A stretch of 64,000 bases of DNA from Candidatus Bathyarchaeota archaeon (GTDB taxonomy: Archaea; Thermoproteota; Bathyarchaeia; TCS64; PIYN01): assembly GCA_003601775.1 (NCBI GenBank), contig PIYN01000002.1, positions 203 through 64,202 on the forward strand. The letters run 5' to 3'. Positions 36,804-46,761 of this stretch are shown piece by piece. Every line of letters starts with the position of its first letter. Within the stretch, counting starts at the first letter, position 1. The notes under the pieces are model-generated. The model did not search any database. It was not told the origin of the DNA and saw nothing but the letters and a program-made list of their open reading frames with translations. The translations under genes and the position numbers were made by a program.

Positions 36804-37601
36804 TCACTCGAAGCCCTTCTCCGTCAGGGCCTCGGCGAAGATCTCGCCGAACTCCGTGAGACGGACGCCCTTCAACTTCGCCCCCATCTCAGCCCTCACG
36901 AGGCCCTTCTCCTCCAACCGTGCCACGATCCTGCTGAAGCGGTTCCTCAGCGTGGAGTTCGGACTCTTATAGCCGAACCATCCGATGATCTCGCTTATGG
37001 AATCAGCCCGCCCCCCATGCTCCCTCAAGAGGATCAACAGCCTCTTCTCCTGCTCCCAGATCCTGCTCTCCCTCTCGCTATGCGGCTCAAGCCTATACCC
37101 AGGCAGCTTGATCTCCAACGGCTCCAGACTCGGGACGTTCCTCGCCGTCTCAAACCACTTCTGGAACTCCGGGTCTTCGGGCTTCCCCTTCACATACCAG
37201 GCGGGGCGTGCAGCCGGGACGGTGTAGACCCGGGCGTTCCTGAACATCAAGGCGATCGTCAGGGCGGCGCCCTCAGCGATATTCGTCGTTGAGGTGATAT
37301 CTATAAGGACCTCCTCCCCCTCCTCCCTCGCCCTGGCCAGGATCGCGTAGATCTTCTTGAAGGTATCCTTGTAGTCCATCGGGTCGAAGCCGACCAGGAT
37401 CGGGTCGAGGATCTCCAGCCTCTCCATCAGGTCCAGGGCGTTCTTACGGGACATGTAGGTGAAGACCTTCGTCTCGTCCTCAGCCTCCTTATCGCTGTAG
37501 AGGAGGTAGAGGCGAGTTATGCCCTTCCTCTTACTCCAGTACCTGATCCCCTCGAAGGGCCTCCTGAAATGCGTACCCACAAGGCAGACTATGACAGTCA
37601 A
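36804..37601 (-). CDS. Csa3-like transcriptional regulator (N-terminal CARF-like Rossmann domain + C-terminal winged helix)
   Basis: N-terminal VIVCLVGTH... and IDITSTTNIAEGAALTIALMFRNARVYTV parallel the Csa3 ligand-pocket segment. A C-terminal wHTH is present (SISEIIGWFGYKSPNSTLRNRFSRIVARLEEKGLV). Confidence 0.4.
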   Translation of the reverse strand: MTVIVCLVGTHFRRPFEGIRYWSKRKGITRLYLLYSDKEAEDETKVFTYMSRKNALDLMERLEILDPILVGFDPMDYKDTFKKIYAILARAREEGEEVLIDITSTTNIAEGAALTIALMFRNARVYTVPAARPAWYVKGKPEDPEFQKWFETARNVPSLEPLEIKLPGYRLEPHSERESRIWEQEKRLLILLREHGGRADSISEIIGWFGYKSPNSTLRNRFSRIVARLEEKGLVRAEMGAKLKGVRLTEFGEIFAEALTEKGFE

Positions 37602-37997
37602 ACCCGATAATCACCCAGATTCCGCATAAAGGGTATCTGTGAGGGGACTTAAGAATTTTTTGGAAGAACACTAAAAAGATCAATTGTTACAAAAATATTG
37701 GACATACATAATTATATCAGCATAATACTCTATTTTTAAATAACTCGAAGAAAGACGTCGAAAATCGATCTTCGAAGTATTAACGAAGATGAACAACTTT
37801 TTATAGGATGATTTTCAAAAGTTGATCTTAGCCTTTGATGCGGAGGCTTAGTATTCATGTCCTCTAAGGAGGTTACGGTATCTACTCTCCTACAGGATAT
37901 CCCCAACCAGTTCCCCAAGGCTTGGTTGAGGAGGGGTCAAGTAGGAACAGATAATGGCATCTTTCAACGTTAAATCGCCAACTCTGGGGCAAAGAAG

Positions 37998-40241
37998 ATG
38001 GATAAGGAATTGCAAAGATCGGTTGAAAAAATAAGACATCCGAGGTATATAAGGAAGAGAGATGGCAGACTTGAGGAGTTTGACCAGAGGAGGATCACCA
38101 TAGCCATATCCAAGGCCTTTAATGCAGTTGGGGAGAAGGATGGAGAGATCCACAAGAGGCTCAGCGACGAGGTCGTCCGCCAGCTGTATGAGAGGTACGG
38201 GGAGGAAGGCGTCCCAACGGTTGAGGAGATACAGGACCTGGTAGAGCATACGCTGATGAAGAACGGGTTCTACGAAGTCTCGAGGGCCTACATCCTCTAC
38301 AGGGAGAAGAGGAAGGAACTCCGGGAGCTGGCCTTCCTCTTGGAGTCAGGGGACATGGTCGATAAGTATCTTCAAGAGATGAGCTGGTATGTGAGAGAGA
38401 ACGCCAATCTGGGATATTCGATGCAGGGGCTCAACAATTATCTCGTCTCGAAGGTCATCTCCCAGTACTGGCTTATGCGGATCTACCCCCCGGAGATAAG
38501 GAGGGCACATATTAATGGAGACTTTCACATCCACAACCTTGGCATTCTCGGCCCCTATTGTGTTGGATGGTCCCTGCCAGATCTGTTGATGGAAGGGTTC
38601 GGCGGGGTCGCAAACAAATTGGAGAGTAAGCCCCCAAAGCACTTCAGCGTCGCCCTTGGCCAAGTCGTCAACTTCATGTATACCCTCCAAGGTGAGGCCG
38701 CCGGTGCTCAGGCCTTCAGCAACTTCGACACGTATCTCGCCCCCTATATCAGAGAAGATAGACTGACCTACAGAGAGGTCCTCCAGACGATGCAGGAGTT
38801 CCTCTTCAACATGAACGTCCCCACTCGTGTCGGGGGTCAGACGCCCTTCACCAACATAACAATGGATCTGAGGGTTCCGAGGTTCATGGAAAATGAGGGA
38901 GTAATAATCGGTGGGAAGATACAAGACTCCGTGTTCGGGGACTTCCAGGAAGAGATGGAGATGTTCAACAAGGCTTACCTCGAGGTCATGCTCCAAGGTG
39001 ATGCGAAGGGCAGGATCTTCTCCTTCCCGATACCAACCTACAATGTCACAGAGGATTTCCCTTGGGATTATGAGCCTCTATGGAAGTTGACCGCAAAGTT
39101 CGGGGCTCCATACTTCTCCAATTTCATCAACTCGGATATGAAGCCAGAGGATGTCCGGTCGATGTGCTGTAGGCTGAGGATAGATAACAGAGAGCTGAGG
39201 AAGAGAGGAGGGAGCTTCTTCGGCGCTAACCCCCTAACGGGCTCCATCGGGGTAGTCACGATAAACATGCCAAGGCTGGGATACCTCTCAAAGGAAGAGG
39301 ACGAATTCTTCGAAAGACTCGATCACCTCATGGACCTGGCGATGCAGAGCCTGGAGATCAAGAGGAAGACGGTGGAACGATTCACGGAATACGGCCTATA
39401 CCCCTTCTCCAGGCACTATCTCAGACACATCAAGGAAGGATTTGGGAGTTATTGGAAGAATCACTTCTCAACGATAGGATTATTAGGAATGAATGAGGCT
39501 TGCCTGAACTTCTTCGGCGAGGGGATAGAGAGCGATGCTGGGTTGGCCTTCGCCAGAAAGGTGCTCCTGCACATGCGGGAGAGACTCGCCGACTATCAGA
39601 TAGAGACGGGAAATATCTACAATTTGGAGGCGACCCCGGCCGAGGGGAGCAGCTACCGCTTAGCGAAGTTGGATAAGAGTAGGTACCCTGATATAATAGT
39701 CGCGAATGAGAGGTTCTTAGCCAGTGGCGCCGAGCCCTTCTATACCAACAGCACATGGCTCCCAGTGGACCATGAATTATCGCTTGGGGAGGCCCTCCGT
39801 CACCAGGATCAGCTGCAGCCGCTCTACACGGGTGGGACGGTCTTTCATATATACTTGGGGGAGGCATACACCTCATGGGAGGGGGCTTCCAAGTTGATAA
39901 GGAGGATCTTCAAGAACTTCCACCTCCCCTATGTCACCGTCACTCCAACATTCAGCGTGTGTCCAACCCATGGCTACATCTCAGGAGAACACTTTAGATG
40001 TCCGACTTGTGGTGCTGCCTGTGAGGTCTACTCCAGGATCGTAGGATACTTCCGCCCAGTCTCCCAGTGGAATAAGGGTAAGCAGAGCGAGTTCAAGATA
40101 AGGAAGGTCTTCGGAGGGGTTAAGAGTGACAAGGATATGAGCCCGGCGTCACCTTTGCCAATAATCCCCCGTACGAAGGAGGAGGTAAAGATCGAGAGAA
40201 GAGTGTCTGAGGAAGATGGGGCTGGGGGTGATCTTCTGTGA
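37998..40241 (+). CDS. nrdD: anaerobic ribonucleoside-triphosphate reductase (class III), ATP-cone-containing
   Basis: N-terminal ATP-cone (IRKRDGRLEEFDQRRI), a C-terminal zinc ribbon (CPTHG...CPTCG) and a glycyl-radical motif (SRIVGYF). Confidence 0.8.
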   Translation: MDKELQRSVEKIRHPRYIRKRDGRLEEFDQRRITIAISKAFNAVGEKDGEIHKRLSDEVVRQLYERYGEEGVPTVEEIQDLVEHTLMKNGFYEVSRAYILYREKRKELRELAFLLESGDMVDKYLQEMSWYVRENANLGYSMQGLNNYLVSKVISQYWLMRIYPPEIRRAHINGDFHIHNLGILGPYCVGWSLPDLLMEGFGGVANKLESKPPKHFSVALGQVVNFMYTLQGEAAGAQAFSNFDTYLAPYIREDRLTYREVLQTMQEFLFNMNVPTRVGGQTPFTNITMDLRVPRFMENEGVIIGGKIQDSVFGDFQEEMEMFNKAYLEVMLQGDAKGRIFSFPIPTYNVTEDFPWDYEPLWKLTAKFGAPYFSNFINSDMKPEDVRSMCCRLRIDNRELRKRGGSFFGANPLTGSIGVVTINMPRLGYLSKEEDEFFERLDHLMDLAMQSLEIKRKTVERFTEYGLYPFSRHYLRHIKEGFGSYWKNHFSTIGLLGMNEACLNFFGEGIESDAGLAFARKVLLHMRERLADYQIETGNIYNLEATPAEGSSYRLAKLDKSRYPDIIVANERFLASGAEPFYTNSTWLPVDHELSLGEALRHQDQLQPLYTGGTVFHIYLGEAYTSWEGASKLIRRIFKNFHLPYVTVTPTFSVCPTHGYISGEHFRCPTCGAACEVYSRIVGYFRPVSQWNKGKQSEFKIRKVFGGVKSDKDMSPASPLPIIPRTKEEVKIERRVSEEDGAGGDLL

Positions 40242-40282
40242 GGTTGATCTTCTTTAGATAGCATGAGGGAGGGTTATCAATT

Positions 40283-40558
40283 ATGACCTCGGAGTCTGTA
40301 AGGGTGTATACTCTCCCTGGGTGTCCCCACTGCCAGGTCTTGAAGGATTGGTTGAATAGGAGGGGGATACCCTTTGAGGAGAGGAGTTTCGACACCGAGG
40401 TTCAGGTGGAGTTCATCATGAGGAATATCTTCTCGGACCCGCCGATCCTGGAGGTGGGGTCGAGGATCCTCACCTCCGATGAGATCTTTCAGGGGGAGGA
40501 GATAGATGAGGATAAATTGAGGGAGGTCTTCCATGAAGAGGGCGAGGAGAAGGGGTAA
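40283..40558 (+). CDS. nrdH: NrdH-like glutaredoxin/thioredoxin-fold redoxin
   Basis: 91 aa with a CPHC active site near the N-terminus (VRVYTLPGCPHCQVLKDWL). It sits between the two nrdD genes. Confidence 0.65.
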   Translation: MTSESVRVYTLPGCPHCQVLKDWLNRRGIPFEERSFDTEVQVEFIMRNIFSDPPILEVGSRILTSDEIFQGEEIDEDKLREVFHEEGEEKG

Positions 40559-40619
40559 GGGAAAGGTCCTGCCACCCCCCTTGGAGCAGTTCTTCAAGGC
40601 GGAGAGGAGATACAGAGGC

Positions 40620-42797
40620 ATGCCGATGGTCAGGACGACCGACGGCTACCTCGTCCCCTGGAATAAGAGGAGGATCGTCGAGCAGCTCCTCGAGGAGACC
40701 CAATTGGCGGAGAAGATGTTCGGTGTTCCGCCGATCAGCGTGGAGTACGCGGAGAAGATCGCGGATGAGATCGAGCGACGTGTCAAGACGATGAGGCCGA
40801 GGTTCGTGAGCGGGCCGCTGATACGTGAGGTGGTGAACAACGTCCTCTTGGAGTGGTCTGAGGAGCGCCCGGAGTTCCAGATCTACAGGAACATCCTCAC
40901 CCGTGTCGGCGTCCCCATCTATGACGCCTATCAGATCGACCTGGGGCGGGGGTGGGAGGCGAGGGAGAACGCCAACCTCCAGCCCAACCCCGAGACGACG
41001 CATAAGAAGAAGGCCGACAGGCTGAGCAAGGAGGAGTACCTCCTCCTCCTGGACCCGGAGATCGCGACGGCCCACCACCAGGGCGACATCCACATCCACA
41101 CCCTGGAGTACTTCGGGACCCGCCCCTTCTGCCAGGACTGGGACCTGAGGTTCTTCCTCTACTACGGGCTCCTCCCCGACGGCACAGGCTTCAGGTCGAG
41201 CGTCGCCGGGCCCGCGAAGCACCCCGAGGTGGCGATCCTCCACAGCGTCAAGGTCCTGGCGGCGGGGCAGACGAACTTCAGCGGCGGCCAGGGCTTCATG
41301 TACTACACCGTCTTCCTGGCGCCCTACCTGAGAGGACTTCCCTACGAAGAGGTGAAGCAGCTGGCCCAGATGATGTTCTACGAGTTGACGCAGACCTACG
41401 TCACCCGTGGGGGACAGCTGGTCTTCAGCAACATCCAGCTCCCCATGGGAGTCCCGGAGATCTGGGAGGACGTCCCCGTCGTCATGAGAGGCAGGGTCGG
41501 CCCTGACATCTATGGGAACTATGAGGACGAGGTCCAGACCTTCTTCCGGGCCATCACGGAGGTGGCTCTGGAGGGGGACTACTGGGGGAAGCCCTTCAAC
41601 TTCCCGAAGAACGAGAACTACGTCAGCCCAGAGTTCTTCAAGCCCGAGTACGACGACCTCTGGCTCCTCGTCCACAGGGTCGTGGCTAAGTATGGCGCCC
41701 CCTACTTCGATAACATGCTCCCCAGGTACAGGGGCTACGGCCATGGGATCTCCTGCTACCAGTGCTGTGCCTACAACTTCGTCGAGACGCCGGAGACGGA
41801 TCCGGATTTCGAGGCCAAGGTCAACTTCGAGGATGGCGCCCACTTCAGTATGGGTGGGTGGCAGGTCGTGAGCATCAACATGCCCCGTCTGGCCTACAGG
41901 GCCAACGGGGACTATGATAAGCTCCTCGAGGGGGCGAGGAGGAATATGCGCCTCGCCGTCGAGGTCTTCAAGGCGAAGAGGCAGTGGATGGAGACTATGC
42001 TGGAGAATAACCTCATACCCTTCGCGACACAGAGGCCGAGGGACCCGAGGACCGGGAAGCTGGCGCCCCCAGCCGTAGACTTCAAGGAGCTCGTCTACGT
42101 CATAGGCGTCGTGGGGATCAACGAGATGGTCCAGTACTTCACGGGGAGCCAGCTCCATGAGAGCCAGGACGCCGTGAGGCTCGCCCTCCGCCTCCTGCTG
42201 GATATGGAGAGGTATCGGAAGGGTCTTGAGATGCAGACGGGGATGAAGATCAGGTTGGCGAGGACGCCGGCAGAGAGCACCGCTCAGACCTTCGCCGTCG
42301 CGGACCTCGTCTCGCCCAAGTACAGGAAAGCAGCCCAGACGGTGATCAAGGGGGACCTGAAGGAGGCGAAGAGGCTCCTGGCCCTTGGGGAGAGGGACCT
42401 CCCCATCTACTACAGCAACGGAACCCACACCTACGTCGGCGCGAAGATCCCCCTGGGGAAGAAGATCGATATAGAGCATAAGTTCTTCCCCATCCTGAGC
42501 GGGGGGAATATCTTCCACGTCTGGATGGGGGAGGCCTCACCCGACCCCGAGGCGGTCTACAAGATGACGAAGCGGATAGCCTCCAAGACCCAGATCGGCT
42601 ACTTCGCCTACACCAAGGACCTGACGATCTGTAGCCACTGCCAGACGACCTCCAGCGGCCTGAACGACGCCTGCCCCAACTGCGGGAGCAAGGATGTTAG
42701 ATGGTGGTCGAGGATCACGGGCTACTACACCGACGTCACGGGCTGGAACGAGGGGAAGAAGCAGGAGCTGAAGGAGAGGTACCGGCTCAGCATCTGA
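40620..42797 (+). CDS. nrdD: anaerobic ribonucleoside-triphosphate reductase (class III) paralog 2
   Basis: Degenerate ATP-cone (MVRTTDGYLVPWNKRRIV), zinc ribbon (CSHCQ...CPNCG) and a glycyl-radical motif (SRITGYY). The ATG at 40620 has a GGAGAGGAG 9 nt upstream and is preferred to the ORF-track start at 40533. Confidence 0.75.
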   Translation: MPMVRTTDGYLVPWNKRRIVEQLLEETQLAEKMFGVPPISVEYAEKIADEIERRVKTMRPRFVSGPLIREVVNNVLLEWSEERPEFQIYRNILTRVGVPIYDAYQIDLGRGWEARENANLQPNPETTHKKKADRLSKEEYLLLLDPEIATAHHQGDIHIHTLEYFGTRPFCQDWDLRFFLYYGLLPDGTGFRSSVAGPAKHPEVAILHSVKVLAAGQTNFSGGQGFMYYTVFLAPYLRGLPYEEVKQLAQMMFYELTQTYVTRGGQLVFSNIQLPMGVPEIWEDVPVVMRGRVGPDIYGNYEDEVQTFFRAITEVALEGDYWGKPFNFPKNENYVSPEFFKPEYDDLWLLVHRVVAKYGAPYFDNMLPRYRGYGHGISCYQCCAYNFVETPETDPDFEAKVNFEDGAHFSMGGWQVVSINMPRLAYRANGDYDKLLEGARRNMRLAVEVFKAKRQWMETMLENNLIPFATQRPRDPRTGKLAPPAVDFKELVYVIGVVGINEMVQYFTGSQLHESQDAVRLALRLLLDMERYRKGLEMQTGMKIRLARTPAESTAQTFAVADLVSPKYRKAAQTVIKGDLKEAKRLLALGERDLPIYYSNGTHTYVGAKIPLGKKIDIEHKFFPILSGGNIFHVWMGEASPDPEAVYKMTKRIASKTQIGYFAYTKDLTICSHCQTTSSGLNDACPNCGSKDVRWWSRITGYYTDVTGWNEGKKQELKERYRLSI

Positions 42798-42810
42798 GAG
42801 GAAGCGGGGA

Positions 42811-43344
42811 ATGATACTATCGGACGCCGAGCTGATACGGTACATCGAGGACAAGTTGCTGATCGTGGAGCCCTTCGATGAGGAGATCCTGAAGGAGAAC
42901 GGCCTCGACCTGAGGATCGGCTACGAGATCGCGAGGATCATCGACCCAGGGGCCGTGATCGATATCCGGAGCCCCGGGCTCGAGCGGTTCTACAGGAGGG
43001 AGAGGGTGAATGAGGGGGGTTTCATCCTCCATCCAAATGAGCACCTCCTCACCACCACCCTCGAGGCCATCACCCTCCCAAACGACCTCATGGCCTTCTG
43101 CGAACTCAGGAGCACCTTCGCCCGCCTCGGCATCAGTATCCCCCCCACGGTCGTGGACGCCGGCTTCTCCGGAAACCTCACCATCGAACTCCTGGGGAGC
43201 ATGGCCCCTGTGAGGCTGTACCCCAAGACGAGGTTCCTACACCTGGTCTTCGCGAGGCTCTCCAGCCCCGTGAGGAGGCCCTACAGGGGGAAGTACTATA
43301 GGCAACAGGGAGTGACCCTCCCGAGGATGGAGGAGCCCAGGTAA
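42811..43344 (+). CDS. dcd: dCTP deaminase (dUTPase-fold)
   Basis: 177 aa. ILSDAELIRYIE start and dUTPase-like motifs (VVDAGFSGNLTIEL). Confidence 0.75.
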   Translation: MILSDAELIRYIEDKLLIVEPFDEEILKENGLDLRIGYEIARIIDPGAVIDIRSPGLERFYRRERVNEGGFILHPNEHLLTTTLEAITLPNDLMAFCELRSTFARLGISIPPTVVDAGFSGNLTIELLGSMAPVRLYPKTRFLHLVFARLSSPVRRPYRGKYYRQQGVTLPRMEEPR

Positions 43345-43404
43345 GGCCCGGTCTTTCACCGCTTAAGATTTTAGGAGGGATGGACTCCCCCTTAGTGAGC
43401 ACAC

Positions 43405-44331
43405 ATGAGGCCGAAGGTTGTCCATGTAAGAGGGAGCGTCTACATGATCGACGCCAGCTACCACGGCCGGAGAGGCGTCCTCGGCACCTACGTGGTGAAG
43501 GGAGAGGAAGTGGCCGTGGTGGACCCAGGGCCAACGGTCTCGATCGACGGCCTCGTGGAAGCGTTAAGGGACCTGGGCATCGACCTCAGCGATGTGAGGT
43601 ACGTCGCCCCCACCCACATCCACCTGGACCACGCCGGGGGGTCCTGGAGGCTCCTGGAGCTCTGTCCTGGGGCGAGGCTCTACATCCACCCCAAGGGGGC
43701 GCCCCACATGGTCGACCCCTCGAGGCTCGAGGCAGCAGCTCGGAGGCTCTTCGGAGACCGTGTGGACGAATACGGCGAAGTCAGGGGCGTGTCTGAGGAG
43801 AGGGTCACGGTCTCTGTCGACGGAGAGGAGCTGGACCTCGGGGGTGGACTGAGGATAAGAGTTGTCTGGACCCCTGGGCATGCCTCCCACCATCAGAGCT
43901 ACTACATCCCCGATGGCAAAGTGGTCATCCTGGGGGATGCAGGGGGGATATATAACCGGGACCTCGATGTCGTCATACCTACCTCCCCGCCGCCCTTCAA
44001 TCCGGAGAAGGCGATGAGGAGCCTTGAGAAGCTGGCCGCCTTGAGGCCGGAGATCGTGTGCTACGGGCACTTCGGCTTCGCAGATGATGCCGTCAAGAGG
44101 CTCAGGGCTCATAGGGAACAGCTGGCGCTCTGGATGAGGGTTGTCGAAGAGGGGCTCAAGGAGGGGGCGGGGATGGGGGAACTCTACGATAGGTTGAGGT
44201 CCGAGGACCCCATGCTGGGGAGGCTCCCCGCCCCAGGGCATTTTGGAGGGAGAGCTATCGAACGGTCGCCCTCCGTGAACCTCCTGGGCTTCGTGGAGTA
44301 CTTCAAATGGCTCTGGAGGGGAGGGAGGTGA
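43405..44331 (+). CDS. MBL-fold metallo-hydrolase
   Basis: THIHLDHAGG motif with downstream His/Asp ligands. Confidence 0.6.
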   Translation: MRPKVVHVRGSVYMIDASYHGRRGVLGTYVVKGEEVAVVDPGPTVSIDGLVEALRDLGIDLSDVRYVAPTHIHLDHAGGSWRLLELCPGARLYIHPKGAPHMVDPSRLEAAARRLFGDRVDEYGEVRGVSEERVTVSVDGEELDLGGGLRIRVVWTPGHASHHQSYYIPDGKVVILGDAGGIYNRDLDVVIPTSPPPFNPEKAMRSLEKLAALRPEIVCYGHFGFADDAVKRLRAHREQLALWMRVVEEGLKEGAGMGELYDRLRSEDPMLGRLPAPGHFGGRAIERSPSVNLLGFVEYFKWLWRGGR

Positions 44332-44337
44332 CTCCGC

Positions 44338-45753
44338 TCACGCCTTGACCTTGTGGTAGCGGTTTCTCTCTATGTAGAGGTCTATCTTCTCCGGCGACTC
44401 CACCACGAACTCCACGGGCTGCTTAACGCCCTCCGAGTAGATATAGAACTCATAGTTCTCCATATCCTCCCTCTCTGGGATCAGGGGGACGCGCATCTCC
44501 GAGAACCAGCCCCCCCTCTCCAGATATAGGAGGCCACCATGCTTCACTACCTTCACCCTACTCAACCCCCGGTAGATCTCGTAGGTCCCCGTAAGCAGAT
44601 CCATCCTCCTCCATATCCGCAAGAGGGGGACGACCTCCTCAGGGTCCTTTCCCATCAAGGCCGCGAAGATCCCCTGGGCGATGGGGGCGTAGGGAAAGCC
44701 CGCGATGTTGGAGGCCATAGCGACACCCATCCTCTCTTCAGGCACAAAGGCAAGGTAGGCGGTGGACACCAGTATCGACCCCCCATGGGAGACCAATTTA
44801 TGTCCCAGGAAGTTCTCTATGACGCCCCAGCCATAGCCGTACCCGTTCCTCCCATAGAGGCCTGGAGGCCTCTCTATATGTATCCTCTGCATCTCCTCCA
44901 TGAGCTCAGGGCTCAGGAGCTCAACATTCCCGAACCTGCCTCCGTCGATGTTCATCCTCAGGTAGTTCGTGAGTTCCCTCACCGAGCTCAACATCCCTCC
45001 AGCGGCGGCTATGAAGGAGAACTCGGGGTTGCTCTTCACATCTGGATAGGGGAAACTCTTGGGGATCAGCCTCCCCTCCTTGTCCTTGATGTAGGGGGTC
45101 ATCCTATCCGGGTCCCTCTCGAAATCTCCCTTTGAAAAAGTCGTCCTCTCCATCTTGAGAGGCTTCAGGATCTTCTCCCTGATGTAGACATCAAAGGGCA
45201 TCTCGCTCACCCTCTGGATGATATCGCCGAGCATCCGGTACCCCGCGTTCAGGTAGAAGAACCTCCTGCCGGGCTCGTCCGCTATCTCCTCCTGAGCCCC
45301 GTTGATATGCCTGTAGAAGTCGTCGGCGCTCCCGAAGGGGATCCCCACGTCCCCCCTGATCCCCCTTGAGAGGGCTATCGTCGACGTGCCGAGGGAGGGG
45401 ATACCGGAGGAATGGGTCAATAGGTGGTGCACCGTGATCGGCTTCCCCGGTATCCCGATCTTGAGGGGGATGTACTTACTCACAGGGTCGTCGAGGCTGA
45501 TCTCCCCCCTCTCCACCAGCTGGAGGATTGCGAGAGCGACGAAGGACTTTGTGCAGGACCCTATGCCGTAGAGGGTATCCGGGGTGGCGGGGAGACTCCT
45601 CTCGACATCCCGCACACCGAACCCCTCGGCGTACACGACTTCCTCTCCTTCAACTACAGCTATGCTGAGGCCAGGCACTCTCCTCTGAGCCATAAGCTCT
45701 GGAACTCTCTTCTCAATAAAGCGCCTCATCCCATCAAGGTCTTCCTTAGACAA
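44338..45753 (-). CDS. serine hydrolase of the beta-lactamase / penicillin-binding-protein family
   Basis: S-x-x-K motif (GSCTKSF), and a 471-aa size typical of class C-like esterases and D-aminopeptidases. Confidence 0.65.
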   Translation of the reverse strand: MSKEDLDGMRRFIEKRVPELMAQRRVPGLSIAVVEGEEVVYAEGFGVRDVERSLPATPDTLYGIGSCTKSFVALAILQLVERGEISLDDPVSKYIPLKIGIPGKPITVHHLLTHSSGIPSLGTSTIALSRGIRGDVGIPFGSADDFYRHINGAQEEIADEPGRRFFYLNAGYRMLGDIIQRVSEMPFDVYIREKILKPLKMERTTFSKGDFERDPDRMTPYIKDKEGRLIPKSFPYPDVKSNPEFSFIAAAGGMLSSVRELTNYLRMNIDGGRFGNVELLSPELMEEMQRIHIERPPGLYGRNGYGYGWGVIENFLGHKLVSHGGSILVSTAYLAFVPEERMGVAMASNIAGFPYAPIAQGIFAALMGKDPEEVVPLLRIWRRMDLLTGTYEIYRGLSRVKVVKHGGLLYLERGGWFSEMRVPLIPEREDMENYEFYIYSEGVKQPVEFVVESPEKIDLYIERNRYHKVKA

Positions 45754-45771
45754 CTCAACCTCCCCTCTAAC

Positions 45772-46710
45772 CTATCCTGTTTTCTCGAGGAATATACTCC
45801 GGGGCAGATAAGCCGAGACGATCCAGTTGGGCTTATCGACGACCTCCGTGATCTTGAGGTCCACGACGATGCTGCAGAGCATATAGGCCTCCCACGGCTC
45901 CATCTGGTGCTCCTCAGAAAGGTACTCGACCATCTCCTTGACGGCCCTCCTCGAGGCCTCCATGAGGTCAGGGGCGATCCCCATCGTCACGTAGTACCCG
46001 GCCTCGTCGTACCTCCTCGTGAGCGGCCCGGGTGTGATGATCCTCGGTGCGAGGAGGCCCATCTTCTTCCTCAGCCTGAACCTGAGACTCACGTGAAGCG
46101 GGGCCTCTATCGCCGTGACGCAGACCTCCCCGTCTCCCTGGGCGGCGTGGCCGTCCCCGAGGGAGAAGAGGGCCCCTTCCACCCAGACGGGGAGGAGGAG
46201 CCTGCTCCCCCTCGTCAGGTGCCGCAGGTCCATGTTCCCGCCATGCCTCCCCGGCGGCATCACGGGGTGCTTCCCCTCCTCCAGTGGGGCCACCCCCATC
46301 GTCCCGCAGAAGGGGTCGAGGGGGATCCTTATGTCCTCCCTGAAGTAGGTGTGGTCGCCTGGGGAGAGGTCCCAGATCTTCAGCCTCGGCTCACTGAACT
46401 CCTCTAAGAGGCCGAAGCCCGGTATGATCGCGGACCACCCCCACCCCTTCGCGTGGATATCCAAGATCTCCACCTCCAAGGCATCCCCGGGCTCCGCCCC
46501 CTCGATGTACGTCGGCCCGGCGAGGGGGTACAGCCGATCCCAGTCAAGGCGGGAGAGGACGTCTGCCGTGGACTGGGGGGTTATCTGCCCGTCGGAGACC
46601 TCCCTCAGCTCGTACACAACGACGTCTCCAGGTGATACCCTTATCGCCGGCTCCAGGCTGTTATCCCACTTATAGTGGACCTTATCCTCGGGGAAAAGAT
46701 GGAACTTCAT
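45772..46710 (-). CDS. acetamidase/formamidase family amidohydrolase (FmdA/AmdA)
   Basis: GPTYIEGAEPGDALEVEI and HGGNMD motifs typical of the family. Confidence 0.65.
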   Translation of the reverse strand: MKFHLFPEDKVHYKWDNSLEPAIRVSPGDVVVYELREVSDGQITPQSTADVLSRLDWDRLYPLAGPTYIEGAEPGDALEVEILDIHAKGWGWSAIIPGFGLLEEFSEPRLKIWDLSPGDHTYFREDIRIPLDPFCGTMGVAPLEEGKHPVMPPGRHGGNMDLRHLTRGSRLLLPVWVEGALFSLGDGHAAQGDGEVCVTAIEAPLHVSLRFRLRKKMGLLAPRIITPGPLTRRYDEAGYYVTMGIAPDLMEASRRAVKEMVEYLSEEHQMEPWEAYMLCSIVVDLKITEVVDKPNWIVSAYLPRSIFLEKTG

Positions 46711-46761
46711 CCCAAGGGAAATGGTCTCAGTGGGGTTAAAAGATTTCTGGGGCGATTGATG

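Noticed and set aside
40470-42518. 682-aa ORF on the - strand
   Set aside because: Antisense to the class III RNR paralog 2. It is low-complexity (L/P/R/G/E/D/H) with no domains, a GC-bias artefact.
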